Notes: a model not told the origin generated them from the sequence alone. Positions 37,616 to 47,783 are shown, counted from the first letter of the stretch. The stretch: 64,000 bases of DNA from Alphaproteobacteria bacterium (GCA_965228975.1 OZ245851.1:4405953-4469952); one strand, 5' to 3'. Numbers and translations are program-made.

Positions 37616-38341
37616 TCAGCGCGGATCTTTGCGTCCTTCCTTCGGAAGCTTGTGCGGCTTCTCCGGACGGTCCGGGCCCCAGACGCGGTCGTAATAGGAA
37701 TCCGCCAGCATCAAGGCGCCGACCGGGTTATGCGCAAGCACGCGATCCTTCGCGACGAGCGTGGTGACCGGCCCTTCCGAATGTTGGAAGAACAGGCTGT
37801 CGTGGCCGACGCAAAGGCCGAGGACCACATTGAATTCGCAGCCGGCGTCGTTCAGCAATTCCGCCTGGGACACCGGGTTGCACATCGATTCATGTCCGCC
37901 GGGGCGAATCTTCTCGGAATCCTTCAGGCCGATTTCCTCTTTCCCGATGCTGCCGTTCTTGCAGGCGGCGGAGGCCACCTCGAAGCCGTGGCTCTCAAGG
38001 ATTCCGGTCAGGGCGCGCGCCTGATCGACGAAACTGATGCAGGTGGCGATGCCGATCTTCTTGAAGCCCATTTTCTTCGCGAACTGGCAGACCTCTTCCA
38101 CGCGGGTCCAGCGGCAGTAGCCCTCGCTCTCCACACGCGCCGATTCCTGTGCGATTTGGCGGGTGAACGGGTCGGCGTATTTCTCCGCGGCGGCATCGAT
38201 GGCGTCCTGCGCCACCTTCGACGGGCAATAGCCCGGACCGCGGGTCGCGGACTCGCCTTGCCGGCACGCGCGCACGGTCGCCGGGCAGTAGGCGCAGGCG
38301 GCATCGTGGTATTTCTGGGCGGTCGAGGTTTTGAGCGACAT
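37616..38341 (-). CDS. DUF1847-family predicted metal-binding protein
   Basis: N-terminal C-x2-C-x6-C-x12-C cluster (CAYCPATVRACRQGESATRGPGYC). Core FAKKMGFKKIGIATC, MCNPVSQAELLN, LGLCVGHDSLF and VAKDRVLAHNP. Confidence 0.7.
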   Translation of the reverse strand: MSLKTSTAQKYHDAACAYCPATVRACRQGESATRGPGYCPSKVAQDAIDAAAEKYADPFTRQIAQESARVESEGYCRWTRVEEVCQFAKKMGFKKIGIATCISFVDQARALTGILESHGFEVASAACKNGSIGKEEIGLKDSEKIRPGGHESMCNPVSQAELLNDAGCEFNVVLGLCVGHDSLFFQHSEGPVTTLVAKDRVLAHNPVGALMLADSYYDRVWGPDRPEKPHKLPKEGRKDPR

Positions 38342-38450
38342 AATTCCCTCCCATTTTAGGAAGAAAGATAGGGCTATCCGCCGAGGGCCGCTTTGATGTC
38401 GATCAAAAAAACCTAAAAGAATTCAACGCCAAATCGGCGATTGATTATGC

Positions 38451-39881
38451 TCAAGTGGACGATTCCGACGAACGCCAAGACGCCGCCAGCCAGATTCGCG
38501 GCCGCAGTAGCGTCACGGCGAGGAAAGCAAGCAGCAACGCGCCGGACGCCGTCAGCGTCTTGGCGAACGGCGGCAGGAAATCCGCCCCGGCCGTGCCGGC
38601 GCCCACGGGCGTGAAGCCGGTGAAAGCCAAGGCCAGCCCCGTCGCGCCGCTGACGACACCGATCGTCCGGGTCACCATCGCAAGACTGCCGGCCACCCCC
38701 CGTTCGCGCAGCGGCAGGATCGCCGCGACGATCTCCATATAAGCGACCTGGAAGAATCCGAATCCGACACCAACCGTGGCCAATCCCGCAACCATGGTTG
38801 CGATCGATGTCGCAGTGCCCCACTGGCCGATGGCGAGCAATCCCGCCCCGACCAAGACCGCCCCGGCCAAGGCCAATCGCGGCGCGGCGATGCGATCCAG
38901 TAGCCAGCCGCCGGCGGGCCCCGCGAGCACCATCCCGGCGGGGCTCATCGCCAGCACGGCGCCGGCCGTAACCAAGGACAGGTCCGTCATCCGGTCGAGA
39001 TAGAAGGGAACCAGGAACATCACGGCAAAGCCGACCATGTTGACCATGACATTCGAGACATTGACCACCGTGAAAGCCGGATTCCGAAAAAACCGCGGAT
39101 GCAGGATCGGTTCCGGCGACCGCTTCTGCTGCCAAACGAAGGCGGCGAAGCAAGCCAACGCGGCAAGCCCGAGCAACGCCGGCACCAGCGGCTCCCCGGC
39201 GCCGGCATGCCGCGCCTGATTGATCGCCAGCAGGAACGTGCTGAGACCGGCCACCAGCAAGGCCGCGCCGAGAACATCGAACGACCGGGAACCGCTGCCC
39301 GGTTGCGCCTTCGGCAACAGGAACAGCAGGACCAACGTCCCGGCGGCCAACGGCGCCCGGAACCAGAAAACGGCGGACCAGCCCCACTCCGCCACCAGCA
39401 GGCCGCCGAGCGACGGCCCGATCACCCCGCCGAGGCCGAACGCCATCGTGTAGATGCCGAGAACACGGGCGCGGTAAGATTCCGGAAAGAGCATCGTCGC
39501 CAAGGCCGGACCGCAACTTATCACCAACGCCGCGCCCACGCCCTGCAGCGCACGGGCCAGCAACAGCCCGAGGAAGGTCTCGGCCGCACCGCAGAGCGCG
39601 AACGCAACCGCCGACACGAACAATCCGACGCCGAAGATTCTTCGATGCCCGACCAGATCGCCGATCTTGCCGAAGACCAGCGTCAGGCTGGAATAGACCA
39701 ACACATAGCAGATGACGACCCACTGCATATCCTCGAGCGGGACCGCGAAGGCGCGCGTGATGGCGGGAAAGGCGATATTCACCGAGGAGTCGAGCGGCAC
39801 CGTCAAGGTGCCGAGGCCGACGATGAACAGGCCCAGCGCCGCGCGCATCCAACCCCGCTGCGAGGACGTGTCGGCGGTCAT
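38451..39881 (-). CDS. MFS transporter (DHA2-like)
   Basis: ATG at 39881 (MTADTSSQRGWMRAALGLFIVGL...). Motifs GKIGDLVGHRRIF and LARALQGVGAAL. About 14 TM segments. Confidence 0.8.
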   Translation of the reverse strand: MTADTSSQRGWMRAALGLFIVGLGTLTVPLDSSVNIAFPAITRAFAVPLEDMQWVVICYVLVYSSLTLVFGKIGDLVGHRRIFGVGLFVSAVAFALCGAAETFLGLLLARALQGVGAALVISCGPALATMLFPESYRARVLGIYTMAFGLGGVIGPSLGGLLVAEWGWSAVFWFRAPLAAGTLVLLFLLPKAQPGSGSRSFDVLGAALLVAGLSTFLLAINQARHAGAGEPLVPALLGLAALACFAAFVWQQKRSPEPILHPRFFRNPAFTVVNVSNVMVNMVGFAVMFLVPFYLDRMTDLSLVTAGAVLAMSPAGMVLAGPAGGWLLDRIAAPRLALAGAVLVGAGLLAIGQWGTATSIATMVAGLATVGVGFGFFQVAYMEIVAAILPLRERGVAGSLAMVTRTIGVVSGATGLALAFTGFTPVGAGTAGADFLPPFAKTLTASGALLLAFLAVTLLRPRIWLAASWRSSESST

Positions 39882-39993
39882 GAAAAACTCACGGCCGGTC
39901 GGTAAATGTCCTGGCCGACCATCGGTACTGGAATGCTGATCAGGGCAACTCTCCGGATGTCCCGATAACACTACAGCATTGCGAACGCCCGTC

Positions 39994-40341
39994 CTATTGT
40001 TCCGGGATATCGTGCCGGACGTCGTCCCGCCTCAGGTCGTCGATGACCGTTCCTTCCCATAACGGCACGCCCTCGCGATAAGCGGCACGGCCAATCATAT
40101 GCGCCGCGACCGGCGCCGTGACCAAGAGGAAGACGACCGTCGCCAGGGCGCGCGTGGTGATCCCGGCTTCGCCGAAATGAAGCGCAAGCGCCAACAGGAT
40201 CAGCCCGCAGCCGAGCGTGCCCGCTTTGGTCGACGCATGCATGCGAATCAGCACGTCCGGCAACCGCAACACCCCAAGCGCCGCCACGAAGGCGAAAAAC
40301 CCGCCCAGGACGATAACCGTCGCCACCACAATTTCCATCAT
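39994..40341 (-). CDS. mrpG: Mrp/Pha monovalent cation/H+ antiporter subunit G
   Basis: 115 aa with LRLPDVLIRMHASTKAGTLG motif. Last gene of the mrp operon. Confidence 0.85.
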   Translation of the reverse strand: MMEIVVATVIVLGGFFAFVAALGVLRLPDVLIRMHASTKAGTLGCGLILLALALHFGEAGITTRALATVVFLLVTAPVAAHMIGRAAYREGVPLWEGTVIDDLRRDDVRHDIPEQ

Positions 40342-40670
40342 GACTTCGCCTCCTCACCGGAAGAGTTGGATTGTGCGTCCCCCCGGGCCGCCTGGGCGAC
40401 GCGGCGCTCGATATATCGGGCAAGCACCACCGTCGCCAGAAACGCGACGAGGGCCAGCGCAACGCCCACGTCCAGGAACGCCGCCCGCTCGGACGAGATC
40501 GCAACCAAGGCGCAAAAAGCCACCGCCAGGATCGTCATGAGGTCGAGCGCCACGACACGGTCCGCCGCGCTCGGACCCAGCAGGAGCCGGATGAAGGAGA
40601 GAACCAGGGCCGCGATCAGGAAAAAGAAACCGATATCCACCGCCCATGTGAGAATGACGCCGCTTTCCAT
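40338..40670 (-). CDS. mrpF: Mrp/Pha antiporter subunit F
   Basis: 110 aa, 3 TM segments, RLLLGPSAADRVVALD motif. ATGA overlap with mrpG. Confidence 0.85.
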   Translation of the reverse strand: MESGVILTWAVDIGFFFLIAALVLSFIRLLLGPSAADRVVALDLMTILAVAFCALVAISSERAAFLDVGVALALVAFLATVVLARYIERRVAQAARGDAQSNSSGEEAKS

Positions 40671-41143
40671 CAGTCGAATGCCTCCAGCACCTTCCGTTCG
40701 AGACCGTCCTTGATTTCGCGGCGGCTTTCCTCCGGATCGTCGATGAACATCGCATGGACATAGAGCGTCTTGCGATCGTCCGATACGTCGAGGCTGAGCG
40801 AGCCCGGCGTGAGCGACACCAGGTTCGCCACCAACATGATCTGGCCGTCATCCTTCGCGTCGAGCGGTACCGCAATGATGCCCGGACGGCTCCGATGCGC
40901 CGGGGTAATGACATCCCACACCACGCGGAGACTCGAGACGACCAGTTCATACAAGAAGAAGAGGGCGAGACCCGTGACGCTCCAGACGCGTCCGAAATAG
41001 GTCGTCGCGCCGAACAACGGCCGCACGATCCAAAGCGCGCCGTAGCCGACCGCGAATCCGCTGGCCAGGATCGGCCAGGCAAAACTACCCCACAACGCGG
41101 CCCAGCCGAGCGCCAGCAGTCCGTTCAGCAAAAGCAACGTCAT
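40670..41143 (-). CDS. mrpE: Mrp/Pha antiporter subunit E
   Basis: Real start is ATG 41143 (MTLLLLNGLLALGWAALWGSF...), which overlaps the mrpD stop. The listed ORF 40670..42283 is over-extended upstream. Confidence 0.8.
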   Translation of the reverse strand: MTLLLLNGLLALGWAALWGSFAWPILASGFAVGYGALWIVRPLFGATTYFGRVWSVTGLALFFLYELVVSSLRVVWDVITPAHRSRPGIIAVPLDAKDDGQIMLVANLVSLTPGSLSLDVSDDRKTLYVHAMFIDDPEESRREIKDGLERKVLEAFD

Positions 41144-42642
41144 CGCACACCTCGTAAGACCGTCTCGACATAGGCCGTGGGGTCGAGCAACTCGGTGGCG
41201 GACCGCTCGGCCGCGTTCAGGAATGGCTCCGGATAGAACCCGATCCAGAGCGTCAGCACGGCCAGGCCCGCGACCGGCACCAATAGGCAGGTCAGGTCGC
41301 GGCGACCGATAGCAGCGCGCGACGGCAATTCGCCGTCGGGATGCGGCTTCCAGAATGCCTCGGCCCAAATCTTGGTCATCGAGAACACCGTCAGCAACCC
41401 GACGAGCAAGGCGATCCCGGCGATGACATAGGCCTCGGCGTCGAGGCTCGCCTTGACCAGCAAATATTTCGCCCAGAAGCCGGAGAGCGGCGGGAATCCG
41501 GCGAGCGAAAAAGCCGGGATGAGGAACAGGATCGCCAGGATCGGCCGGGATTTGTACAGGCCGCCGATCCGATCCAGATCGAAGGAACCCGTGTAGCGCT
41601 GCACGACCCCGCTGATCAGGAACAGGTTCGCCTTCACGATGATGTGGTGCACCAGATAGAACACCGCCCCGGCAATCGCCAACGGCGCGAAGAGCGCCAA
41701 GCCGAGGACCATGTAGCCGATCTGACTGATGATGTGGAAGGAGAGGATCTTGCGGAACTGGTTCTGCGCCGCGGCGCCCAGCACGCCGGTGATCATCGTC
41801 AACGCCGCGACCACCGACAGGATGCCGTGCGTGTAGCCGATGTCCTGGGTGAAGATCAGGGTGAAGGTGCGGATCAACGCATAGACGCCGACCTTCGTCA
41901 GCAGGCCCGCGAAGATCGCCGAAATGGCGACGGGCGGCGTGTGATAGGACGCCGGCAGCCAGAAGAACAAGGGGAAGACCGCCGACTTGATCCCGAATGC
42001 GACGAGAAACAAAACAGCGACCGCCGTCAGCAAGCCGGTCTCTTCGCTCGCCTGAACGGCGACATGCAGGTCGGCCATGTTGAGTGTCCCGGTCAGGCCA
42101 TACAGCAGGCCGATGCCGCCGAGAAAGAGGATCGTCGATACAAGGTTGAGCGCGACGTATTTGATGCCGCCATCCAATTGCGCCCGGTCGCCGCCCAAAA
42201 CGAGCAGACCGAAGGACGCGATCAGCATGACCTCGAACCAGACATACAGGTTGAAGATGTCGCCGGTCAGGAAAGCCCCGCAAACGCCACCGACCAGGAC
42301 ATGATACAGCGCGTGGAACCCGAGCGCCTCCAGGCGGTCATCGATGTCCGCCAAGGCGTAGACCGCGACCGCCAGCCCGGCGATGGCCGTGATCAGGACC
42401 ATGATAGCGCTCAACAGGTCCGCGACCAGCGTGATGCCGAACGGTGCCGCCCAACCGCCCATCTGCCCGGCGACGATGCCGCCGGTCCAAACCCGGACGG
42501 TCAGCCAAATCGCCGCGAGCAAGAGGGCGAGACTTCCCCCGATGCTGATCGACCGCTGCAGCGCGGGCATGGCGCGCGCGCCGAAGGCGAGGATCGCCGT
42601 CGCAATCGGAATCAGGATCGGGAGGACGAGACCCCAACTCAT
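41140..42642 (-). CDS. mrpD: Mrp/Pha antiporter subunit D (NuoN/NuoM-like)
   Basis: 500 aa proton-conducting membrane transporter fold. Confidence 0.85.
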   Translation of the reverse strand: MSWGLVLPILIPIATAILAFGARAMPALQRSISIGGSLALLLAAIWLTVRVWTGGIVAGQMGGWAAPFGITLVADLLSAIMVLITAIAGLAVAVYALADIDDRLEALGFHALYHVLVGGVCGAFLTGDIFNLYVWFEVMLIASFGLLVLGGDRAQLDGGIKYVALNLVSTILFLGGIGLLYGLTGTLNMADLHVAVQASEETGLLTAVAVLFLVAFGIKSAVFPLFFWLPASYHTPPVAISAIFAGLLTKVGVYALIRTFTLIFTQDIGYTHGILSVVAALTMITGVLGAAAQNQFRKILSFHIISQIGYMVLGLALFAPLAIAGAVFYLVHHIIVKANLFLISGVVQRYTGSFDLDRIGGLYKSRPILAILFLIPAFSLAGFPPLSGFWAKYLLVKASLDAEAYVIAGIALLVGLLTVFSMTKIWAEAFWKPHPDGELPSRAAIGRRDLTCLLVPVAGLAVLTLWIGFYPEPFLNAAERSATELLDPTAYVETVLRGVR

Positions 42643-43028
42643 GACTCCGCCCCGTTCTTCCGGATGGCCGCGGCGGCCGTTGTCCCTTCGGCAATCTGCA
42701 TGGCGTCGCCGTCGACGGTCCCGAGGACGCGCCAGGACCGGTAGACCAGAACCAAGGTGAAGGCGAGCAACCCGAACCCGATCACGATGGCCGTCAGCAC
42801 CAGCGCCTGCGGCAAGGCATTGGCCACCGGCGCCGCGGGCGCGGACAGGCCGCCCGGCACCAGCGGCGGTTCGGCGCGGGTCATCCGCCCTGCGGCGAAG
42901 ATGATCAGGTTCGCCGCGTTGCTGATCAGGACGAGCCCGAACAGGAATTTCACGATGTTACGCCGAAGCATGAGATAGACGCTGGCGGCGACCAACGCGC
43001 CGACGAGAAGAGCCACAAGAGGTTCCAC
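42639..43028 (-). CDS. mrpC: Mrp/Pha antiporter subunit C (NuoK-like)
   Basis: GTG at 43028 (VEPLVALLVGALVAASVYLMLRRNIVKFLFGLVLISNAANL...), 2 nt after the mrpB stop. Confidence 0.75.
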   Translation of the reverse strand: MEPLVALLVGALVAASVYLMLRRNIVKFLFGLVLISNAANLIIFAAGRMTRAEPPLVPGGLSAPAAPVANALPQALVLTAIVIGFGLLAFTLVLVYRSWRVLGTVDGDAMQIAEGTTAAAAIRKNGAES

Positions 43029-43030
43029 GG

Positions 43031-43450
43031 TCAGTCCTCTTCTTCCAACGCGAAGACGAAGGTCAGGACCGCACCGACCACGACGAGATAGACACCGACA
43101 TCGAACATCAGGACCGTACTGACGGGCAGGCCCTTGCCGTCCGCGCTCGCGCCCGCGAACCACCACAGCCCGGTCAGGAAAGCGGCGTCCGCGAAGGCCG
43201 CCGTCAGGCCGGCGCATAACGCCACCCCGAGACCGGTCACGGCGATCATCATGGGATCCACCCGCAGCGCTCGGCGTGCCGCCGCCGCCCCGTGCGCGAT
43301 GGCGTAGAGCGCATATCCGGTCGCCGCCAGGAGGCCGCCGATGAATCCGCCGCCGGGCTCGTTGTGCCCCCGCAACAGCATGAACATCGAGAAGACCAGC
43401 ATCAGGCTGACCAGAATCCGGGTCGCGGCGTTCAGGATGACGGAATTCAC
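43031..43450 (-). CDS. mrpB: Mrp/Pha antiporter subunit B
   Basis: 139 aa with [16 protein letters not shown] motif. Confidence 0.85.
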   Translation of the reverse strand: MNSVILNAATRILVSLMLVFSMFMLLRGHNEPGGGFIGGLLAATGYALYAIAHGAAAARRALRVDPMMIAVTGLGVALCAGLTAAFADAAFLTGLWWFAGASADGKGLPVSTVLMFDVGVYLVVVGAVLTFVFALEEED

Positions 43451-45750
43451 GATGCGTCCTCCGAACGGGGGCGCGCCTTGAGGACCGCATAGGCGGCCAG
43501 TGCGGCGATCACGACCACGGCGATCTCACCGAACGTATCCAGGGCCCGGAAGTCGACCAGGATCACATTGACGATGTTGCGGCCGAAGGCGGCGGGAACG
43601 CTGTTCTCCTCGAAGAAGGCCGTCAGCGTGCGGTCGAAAGGAGTGTGCGTCACCGCCAGGAGAACCAATGTGACAACCGCTCCGGTGCCGAATGCCAAGA
43701 CGGCATCGCGCCGCCGGCCCCAGCGGCTGGTCTGCGCGACCGTATTCAACCGCGGCAATCGCAGCAGAACCACCGCTACCAGGATCACCACGAGCGATTC
43801 GACAAGAAGTTGCGTGATCGCGACGTCCGGCGCGCCGTTTAGCAGGAACAAGAGGGCGACGCCGACGCCGACGGTTCCAAGCGCGGCCATGGCGGCCAAC
43901 CGGGACGCGGAAAACACGACCGCAACGGTGCCCGCGAGGACCAACGCAGCGACGCCCCATTCCACCAACGCCAGACTGGGCCAAGCGCTCGGCAATTTCA
44001 GCGCATCCCGCAAGACCAGCGTCGCCCCGACCGACAGGGTCAGGACCGTGAAGACCACCGCGATATACCGGCGCAACAACCCGCCCTGCAGCCAATCCGT
44101 CTGCGCCGCCGCAATCCAGCGCAGCCCCTGCAGGCACCGATCGTACGCTTCGTCGCCGCTGATCGGCAGGCGCGCGAAGCTCGCAGCCAATACATCGCGC
44201 AATCGCCAATGGCCCGCGTAGATCGCGATCCCCGTCAGGAACGTCATCATGCTGAGCATGAGCGGCAGGTTGATACCGTGCCAGAGGGCCAACTGGACCG
44301 TTTCCGGGCGCCCGAGGATCGCCGCGACGCCGGGCTGCACCAATGTGTCCGCGACCAGCGCCGGCGCGACGCCGAATGCCAGCCCCATCACGGCGAGCAA
44401 CAAGGGACCGACCCACATTCGGAACGGCACCTCCGCCGGCGCCCTCGGCGTGGACGTTCGTTCGCCGAAGAAGGGCTGGAGGGCCACGATCCCTGCAACG
44501 CCCACCATCAATGCGTTGGCGAGGACAGCCGCAGACGCCACCAACGCCGGTTCGGAGGCGATCGCCAAGGCGCCTTCGTATTTCAGCTCCTTGCCGATGA
44601 ACCCGAGGAACGGCGGAAAGCCGGCCATCGACAACGCGGACGCGGCCGCGATGAAGACAGTGATCGGCATGACGCGCCGGAGGCCACCCAATTGGCGGAT
44701 ATCGCGGGTTCCGGTGCTGTAGTCGATATTGCCGACCACAAGGAACAACGCCGCCTTATAAAGGGAATGGACGATAAGGAAGGTAACGGCGGCGGCGACG
44801 GCGACCGTCGCTTCCGCGCCTAGGAACATGGTCAACGTCCCGAGCGCCATGACCGTGGTATAGGCCAACATCATCTTGAGGTCGGTCTGCCGAATCGCCA
44901 ACAGCGAGGCGTAAATAGCGGTCGCCGCCCCGAAGGCCGTCAGCGTCCAGATCCATAAATCGGTCCCGCTCAGCGTCGGATGCATCCGCGCCAACAAATA
45001 AACGCCGGCTTTCACCATGGTCGCGGAATGCAGGAACGCGCTGACCGGCGTCGGCGCGGCCATCGCATTCGGCAGCCAAAAATGAAACGGAACCTGCGCC
45101 GATTTGGTGAAGGCGCCGATCAGGATCAGCACGAGGATACCGGCGTAATGGGGGTGTGCGCGGATAAGGTCGCCACTGGCGATGATTTCCGACAGTTCGA
45201 AACTGTCGGCCGCGTTGCCGAGCAGGATGAATCCGGCAAGCAGGACCAGCCCGCCGGCGCCGGTTACCAACAGCGCTTGCAGCGCCGACCGGCGCGCCTT
45301 GGGCGACGTGTGGTCATAGCCGATCAACAGATAGGACGTGATCGTCGTTACTTCCCAAAAGACGAACAGAGTGATCAGGTTGTCGGCCAGGACCAGCCCC
45401 AGCATCCCGCCCATGAACAGAGAAAGGTAGAGAAAGAAGCGGCAGAAATGGGCATGGCCCGCGAGGTAAGCCGATGAGTAGGTCAGGATAACGATGCTGA
45501 TGACGCTGATCAGGAGCCCGAATGTCAGGCTCAGACCATCGATGAGAAACGAGAAGTTGACGCCGATGCCCGGCACCCATGGCACGCCGATCCGCAAGGC
45601 CTCTCCCGCGGCCACCGTCGGCAGCAAACTCGCCAATAGCCCCGCGGCGGCGATTGCGGGTACAAGCGCCAGCGGCACCGTTAGGCGCGCCATTGGCGAC
45701 AACGTCGCCCGCATCGGCCGGTCGGCCGGATCTTTAGTCCCCGAATTCAT
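43447..45750 (-). CDS. mrpA: Mrp/Pha antiporter subunit A (NuoL-like with C-terminal MrpB-like domain)
   Basis: 767 aa. The exact start among the N-terminal Met codons is uncertain. Confidence 0.85.
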   Translation of the reverse strand: MNSGTKDPADRPMRATLSPMARLTVPLALVPAIAAAGLLASLLPTVAAGEALRIGVPWVPGIGVNFSFLIDGLSLTFGLLISVISIVILTYSSAYLAGHAHFCRFFLYLSLFMGGMLGLVLADNLITLFVFWEVTTITSYLLIGYDHTSPKARRSALQALLVTGAGGLVLLAGFILLGNAADSFELSEIIASGDLIRAHPHYAGILVLILIGAFTKSAQVPFHFWLPNAMAAPTPVSAFLHSATMVKAGVYLLARMHPTLSGTDLWIWTLTAFGAATAIYASLLAIRQTDLKMMLAYTTVMALGTLTMFLGAEATVAVAAAVTFLIVHSLYKAALFLVVGNIDYSTGTRDIRQLGGLRRVMPITVFIAAASALSMAGFPPFLGFIGKELKYEGALAIASEPALVASAAVLANALMVGVAGIVALQPFFGERTSTPRAPAEVPFRMWVGPLLLAVMGLAFGVAPALVADTLVQPGVAAILGRPETVQLALWHGINLPLMLSMMTFLTGIAIYAGHWRLRDVLAASFARLPISGDEAYDRCLQGLRWIAAAQTDWLQGGLLRRYIAVVFTVLTLSVGATLVLRDALKLPSAWPSLALVEWGVAALVLAGTVAVVFSASRLAAMAALGTVGVGVALLFLLNGAPDVAITQLLVESLVVILVAVVLLRLPRLNTVAQTSRWGRRRDAVLAFGTGAVVTLVLLAVTHTPFDRTLTAFFEENSVPAAFGRNIVNVILVDFRALDTFGEIAVVVIAALAAYAVLKARPRSEDAS

Positions 45751-45844
45751 GATCCCGTCGACTCTTTAAGTATCGTTTCTCGTTGGCGTTCGGATTACGC
45801 GCCCGGGCCTCCGACATAGTCCTGACAACGACCATGTATTCCCC

Positions 45845-45877
45845 GTCGGCAGCCGGCCGCCCACCGGGCGGCCGACG
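45845..45877 (-). terminator. GC-rich stem-loop downstream of the DUF465 gene (candidate terminator, no U-tract)
   Basis: CGGCCGCCC-ACC-GGGCGGCCG, a perfect 9-bp stem at 45854-45874 with additional flanking pairing. Confidence 0.45.
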
Positions 45878-45912
45878 CCTAACACACGGGGCAATTTGAT
45901 TTTTTGATGCGC

Positions 45913-46170
45913 TTATCGATCCGGCATTACACCTGCCGCCGGCCCGGACGAAACCCTATCGGACGTGCGTTCGATTGCGGCGAGCGCGTCCTTGATGCGC
46001 AGCTTTCGCCGTTTCATCTCCTGCATCGCCAAACCGTCAACCGCCGGCCGCGCCGTTTCTCGGCCGATTCGGTCTTCGAGTTCCCGATGGATCCGGATCA
46101 GGGTTTCATAGCGGCGGGTGAGCGCCGGTCCGTCGCTGTACTCGATGTTCAACGCAGTGCTGGAACTCAT
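45913..46170 (-). CDS. DUF465 (YdcH-like) small protein
   Basis: 85 aa with LAMQEMKRRKLRIKDAL motif. GGGAGA RBS. ATG overlaps the stop of the upstream IDH gene (ATGA). Confidence 0.7.
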   Translation of the reverse strand: MSSSTALNIEYSDGPALTRRYETLIRIHRELEDRIGRETARPAVDGLAMQEMKRRKLRIKDALAAIERTSDRVSSGPAAGVMPDR

Positions 46171-47696
46171 GTGTTTTCTCCCTGGGCCAAGGTGTATCCG
46201 GCGGTTCCGTCAAAATGCTGGAGCTTTTCGACATGCATCCAACGGTGGATATCGCCGATACGGCTCAGCAGGGCGAGGAGGTCGGCGTCGCCCTGCGATC
46301 GGTCGCCCTCGGTCCATGCGAACCGGCATCGCCAATGGTTTACGGTGTCGGTGTATGAGCTGCGCCCCGGGTAAACCTTCGTTCCGCGGTTCGAGATCAT
46401 CGAGAGCCGAAAGCTGGTCCCGAAAATCGCGGTCTCCAGGCTCTGCCCTAGTGCATCCGCGTTGCCCTTCCATTCGATGAATACGTCGACGCCGGCTGTC
46501 TCGCGCGACACCTCGCCCAACGGGCCATGAACCACGTCGGGCATTTGCAGCGGTTTGTGTTTTCTATTCACCAACTGCCGGGCGCTGCGTCCGAAGTTAT
46601 CGATGATGGCGCCCGCGAAGGCGGCAGTGCCGACCGGATCGGCATCGCGCGCTATATCGGCGGTCAGCTGCGTCCCATCCTCGAGCGTGCAATACAATGC
46701 ATTCTCGATAACGCTGGCGACTTCGCGCTCGCCAATGTGGCGCAACATCATAACAGCGGAAAGAATTAGCGCGGTCGGATTGGCGATCCCTTCGCCCGCG
46801 ATATCCGGCGCCGACCCATGGACCGCTTCAAACATGGCGACATGGCGTCCAAGGTTTGCGCTCGGCGCCAAGCCGAGACCACCGACCAGGCCGGCGGCAA
46901 GATCGCTTAGAATGTCGCCGTTCATGTTGGTGGTTACCAATACGTCGAAGGATTCGGGAGCGACCACCATCTTGTGGGCACAGTTATCGACCACGAGATG
47001 TCCGGACTCGAACTCGGGATGATCGGCGGCCACCGCCTCAAAGGTCGATTTGAAGAGCCCTTCGGTCAGCTTCATGATGTTCGCCTTGGTCGCGCATTCG
47101 ACCTTGCGCCGATCCTCCGCGCGCGCCAGCGCGAAAGCGAGCCGCGCGACCTTCTCGCTGCCTTTCCGGGAAATCAGTTTGAGGCACTGCGCAACGTCGG
47201 GTGTCTGCATATGCTCGATGCCGGCGTAAAGATCCTCCACATTCTCCCGGACCACGACGAAGTCGATATCCCGTCCTGCAAATGGTGTTGCGATGCCCGG
47301 CAGCGCCTTCACGGGCCGAATATTTGCGTACAGCTCGAAGAGTTTGCGCAACGTCACGTTCGCGCTCTTTTCACCGAACCCGATCGGCGTTTCCAGCGGG
47401 CCTTTCAACACCACGCCGGCGCCCTCGATCGCGTCCAGGGTTTCATCGGGCACACCGGAGGCAATGCCGTCGCGGAATACACTGGAACCCGCGTCGCAAA
47501 CCTGCCAGTTGACCGAAGCGCCCGCCTCCTCGACAACGCTCATGACCGAACGCATCAGTTCCGGCCCGACGCCATCGCCCGGAAGGACGACGACCGAATG
47601 CGTAACTTGTTTTTCCCGATCCACCGATGTCGCGGTAGACGGCAACGACCGGACGTTGCCGGACGACGATCCTAAAGAGTCGAATTCATACATCAT
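46167..47696 (-). CDS. Isocitrate/isopropylmalate dehydrogenase-family enzyme, long form with a C-terminal extension of about 125 aa (alphaproteobacterial-type IDH-like)
   Basis: ATG at 47696 preceded by GGAGGAA. VVVLPGDGVGPEL, NLRPV-like NIRPV, RENVEDLYAG and NMNGDILSDLAAGLVGGLGLAPSAN. The extra domain follows FAGAIIDNFG. Confidence 0.75.
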   Translation of the reverse strand: MMYEFDSLGSSSGNVRSLPSTATSVDREKQVTHSVVVLPGDGVGPELMRSVMSVVEEAGASVNWQVCDAGSSVFRDGIASGVPDETLDAIEGAGVVLKGPLETPIGFGEKSANVTLRKLFELYANIRPVKALPGIATPFAGRDIDFVVVRENVEDLYAGIEHMQTPDVAQCLKLISRKGSEKVARLAFALARAEDRRKVECATKANIMKLTEGLFKSTFEAVAADHPEFESGHLVVDNCAHKMVVAPESFDVLVTTNMNGDILSDLAAGLVGGLGLAPSANLGRHVAMFEAVHGSAPDIAGEGIANPTALILSAVMMLRHIGEREVASVIENALYCTLEDGTQLTADIARDADPVGTAAFAGAIIDNFGRSARQLVNRKHKPLQMPDVVHGPLGEVSRETAGVDVFIEWKGNADALGQSLETAIFGTSFRLSMISNRGTKVYPGRSSYTDTVNHWRCRFAWTEGDRSQGDADLLALLSRIGDIHRWMHVEKLQHFDGTAGYTLAQGENT

Positions 47697-47768
47697 TGCA
47701 GTTCCTCCATACCGCTTGATATGAGACTGCACAGAAGATTGTCCCAATCGATACATACAGGGCGTTTG

Positions 47769-47783
47769 ATTGGTTTTATCTAT
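47769..47783. promoter_or_regulatory. LysR/OxyR-type dyad ATTG-N7-CTAT (within TTGATTGGTTTTATCTATTAG)
   Basis: About 73 bp upstream of the IDH-like start, in an AT-richer pocket. Same extended motif as four other intergenic sites. Confidence 0.4.

Noticed and set aside
40670-43490. The long listed ORFs 40670..42283 and 42639..43490, which might be taken as large novel proteins.
   Set aside because: Only their C-terminal parts match MrpE and MrpC. The upstream portions are alternative-frame read-through across mrpD and mrpB. Proper starts (ATG 41143, GTG 43028) sit right at the preceding gene's stop.
45894-45922. A possible sixth copy of the TTGAT motif (ATTTGATTTTTTGATGCGCTTATCGATCC) upstream of mrpA.
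   Set aside because: The ATWG-N7-CKAT dyad is not present in register, and the sequence overlaps the 3' end and stop codon of the DUF465 gene. It is too weak to call.
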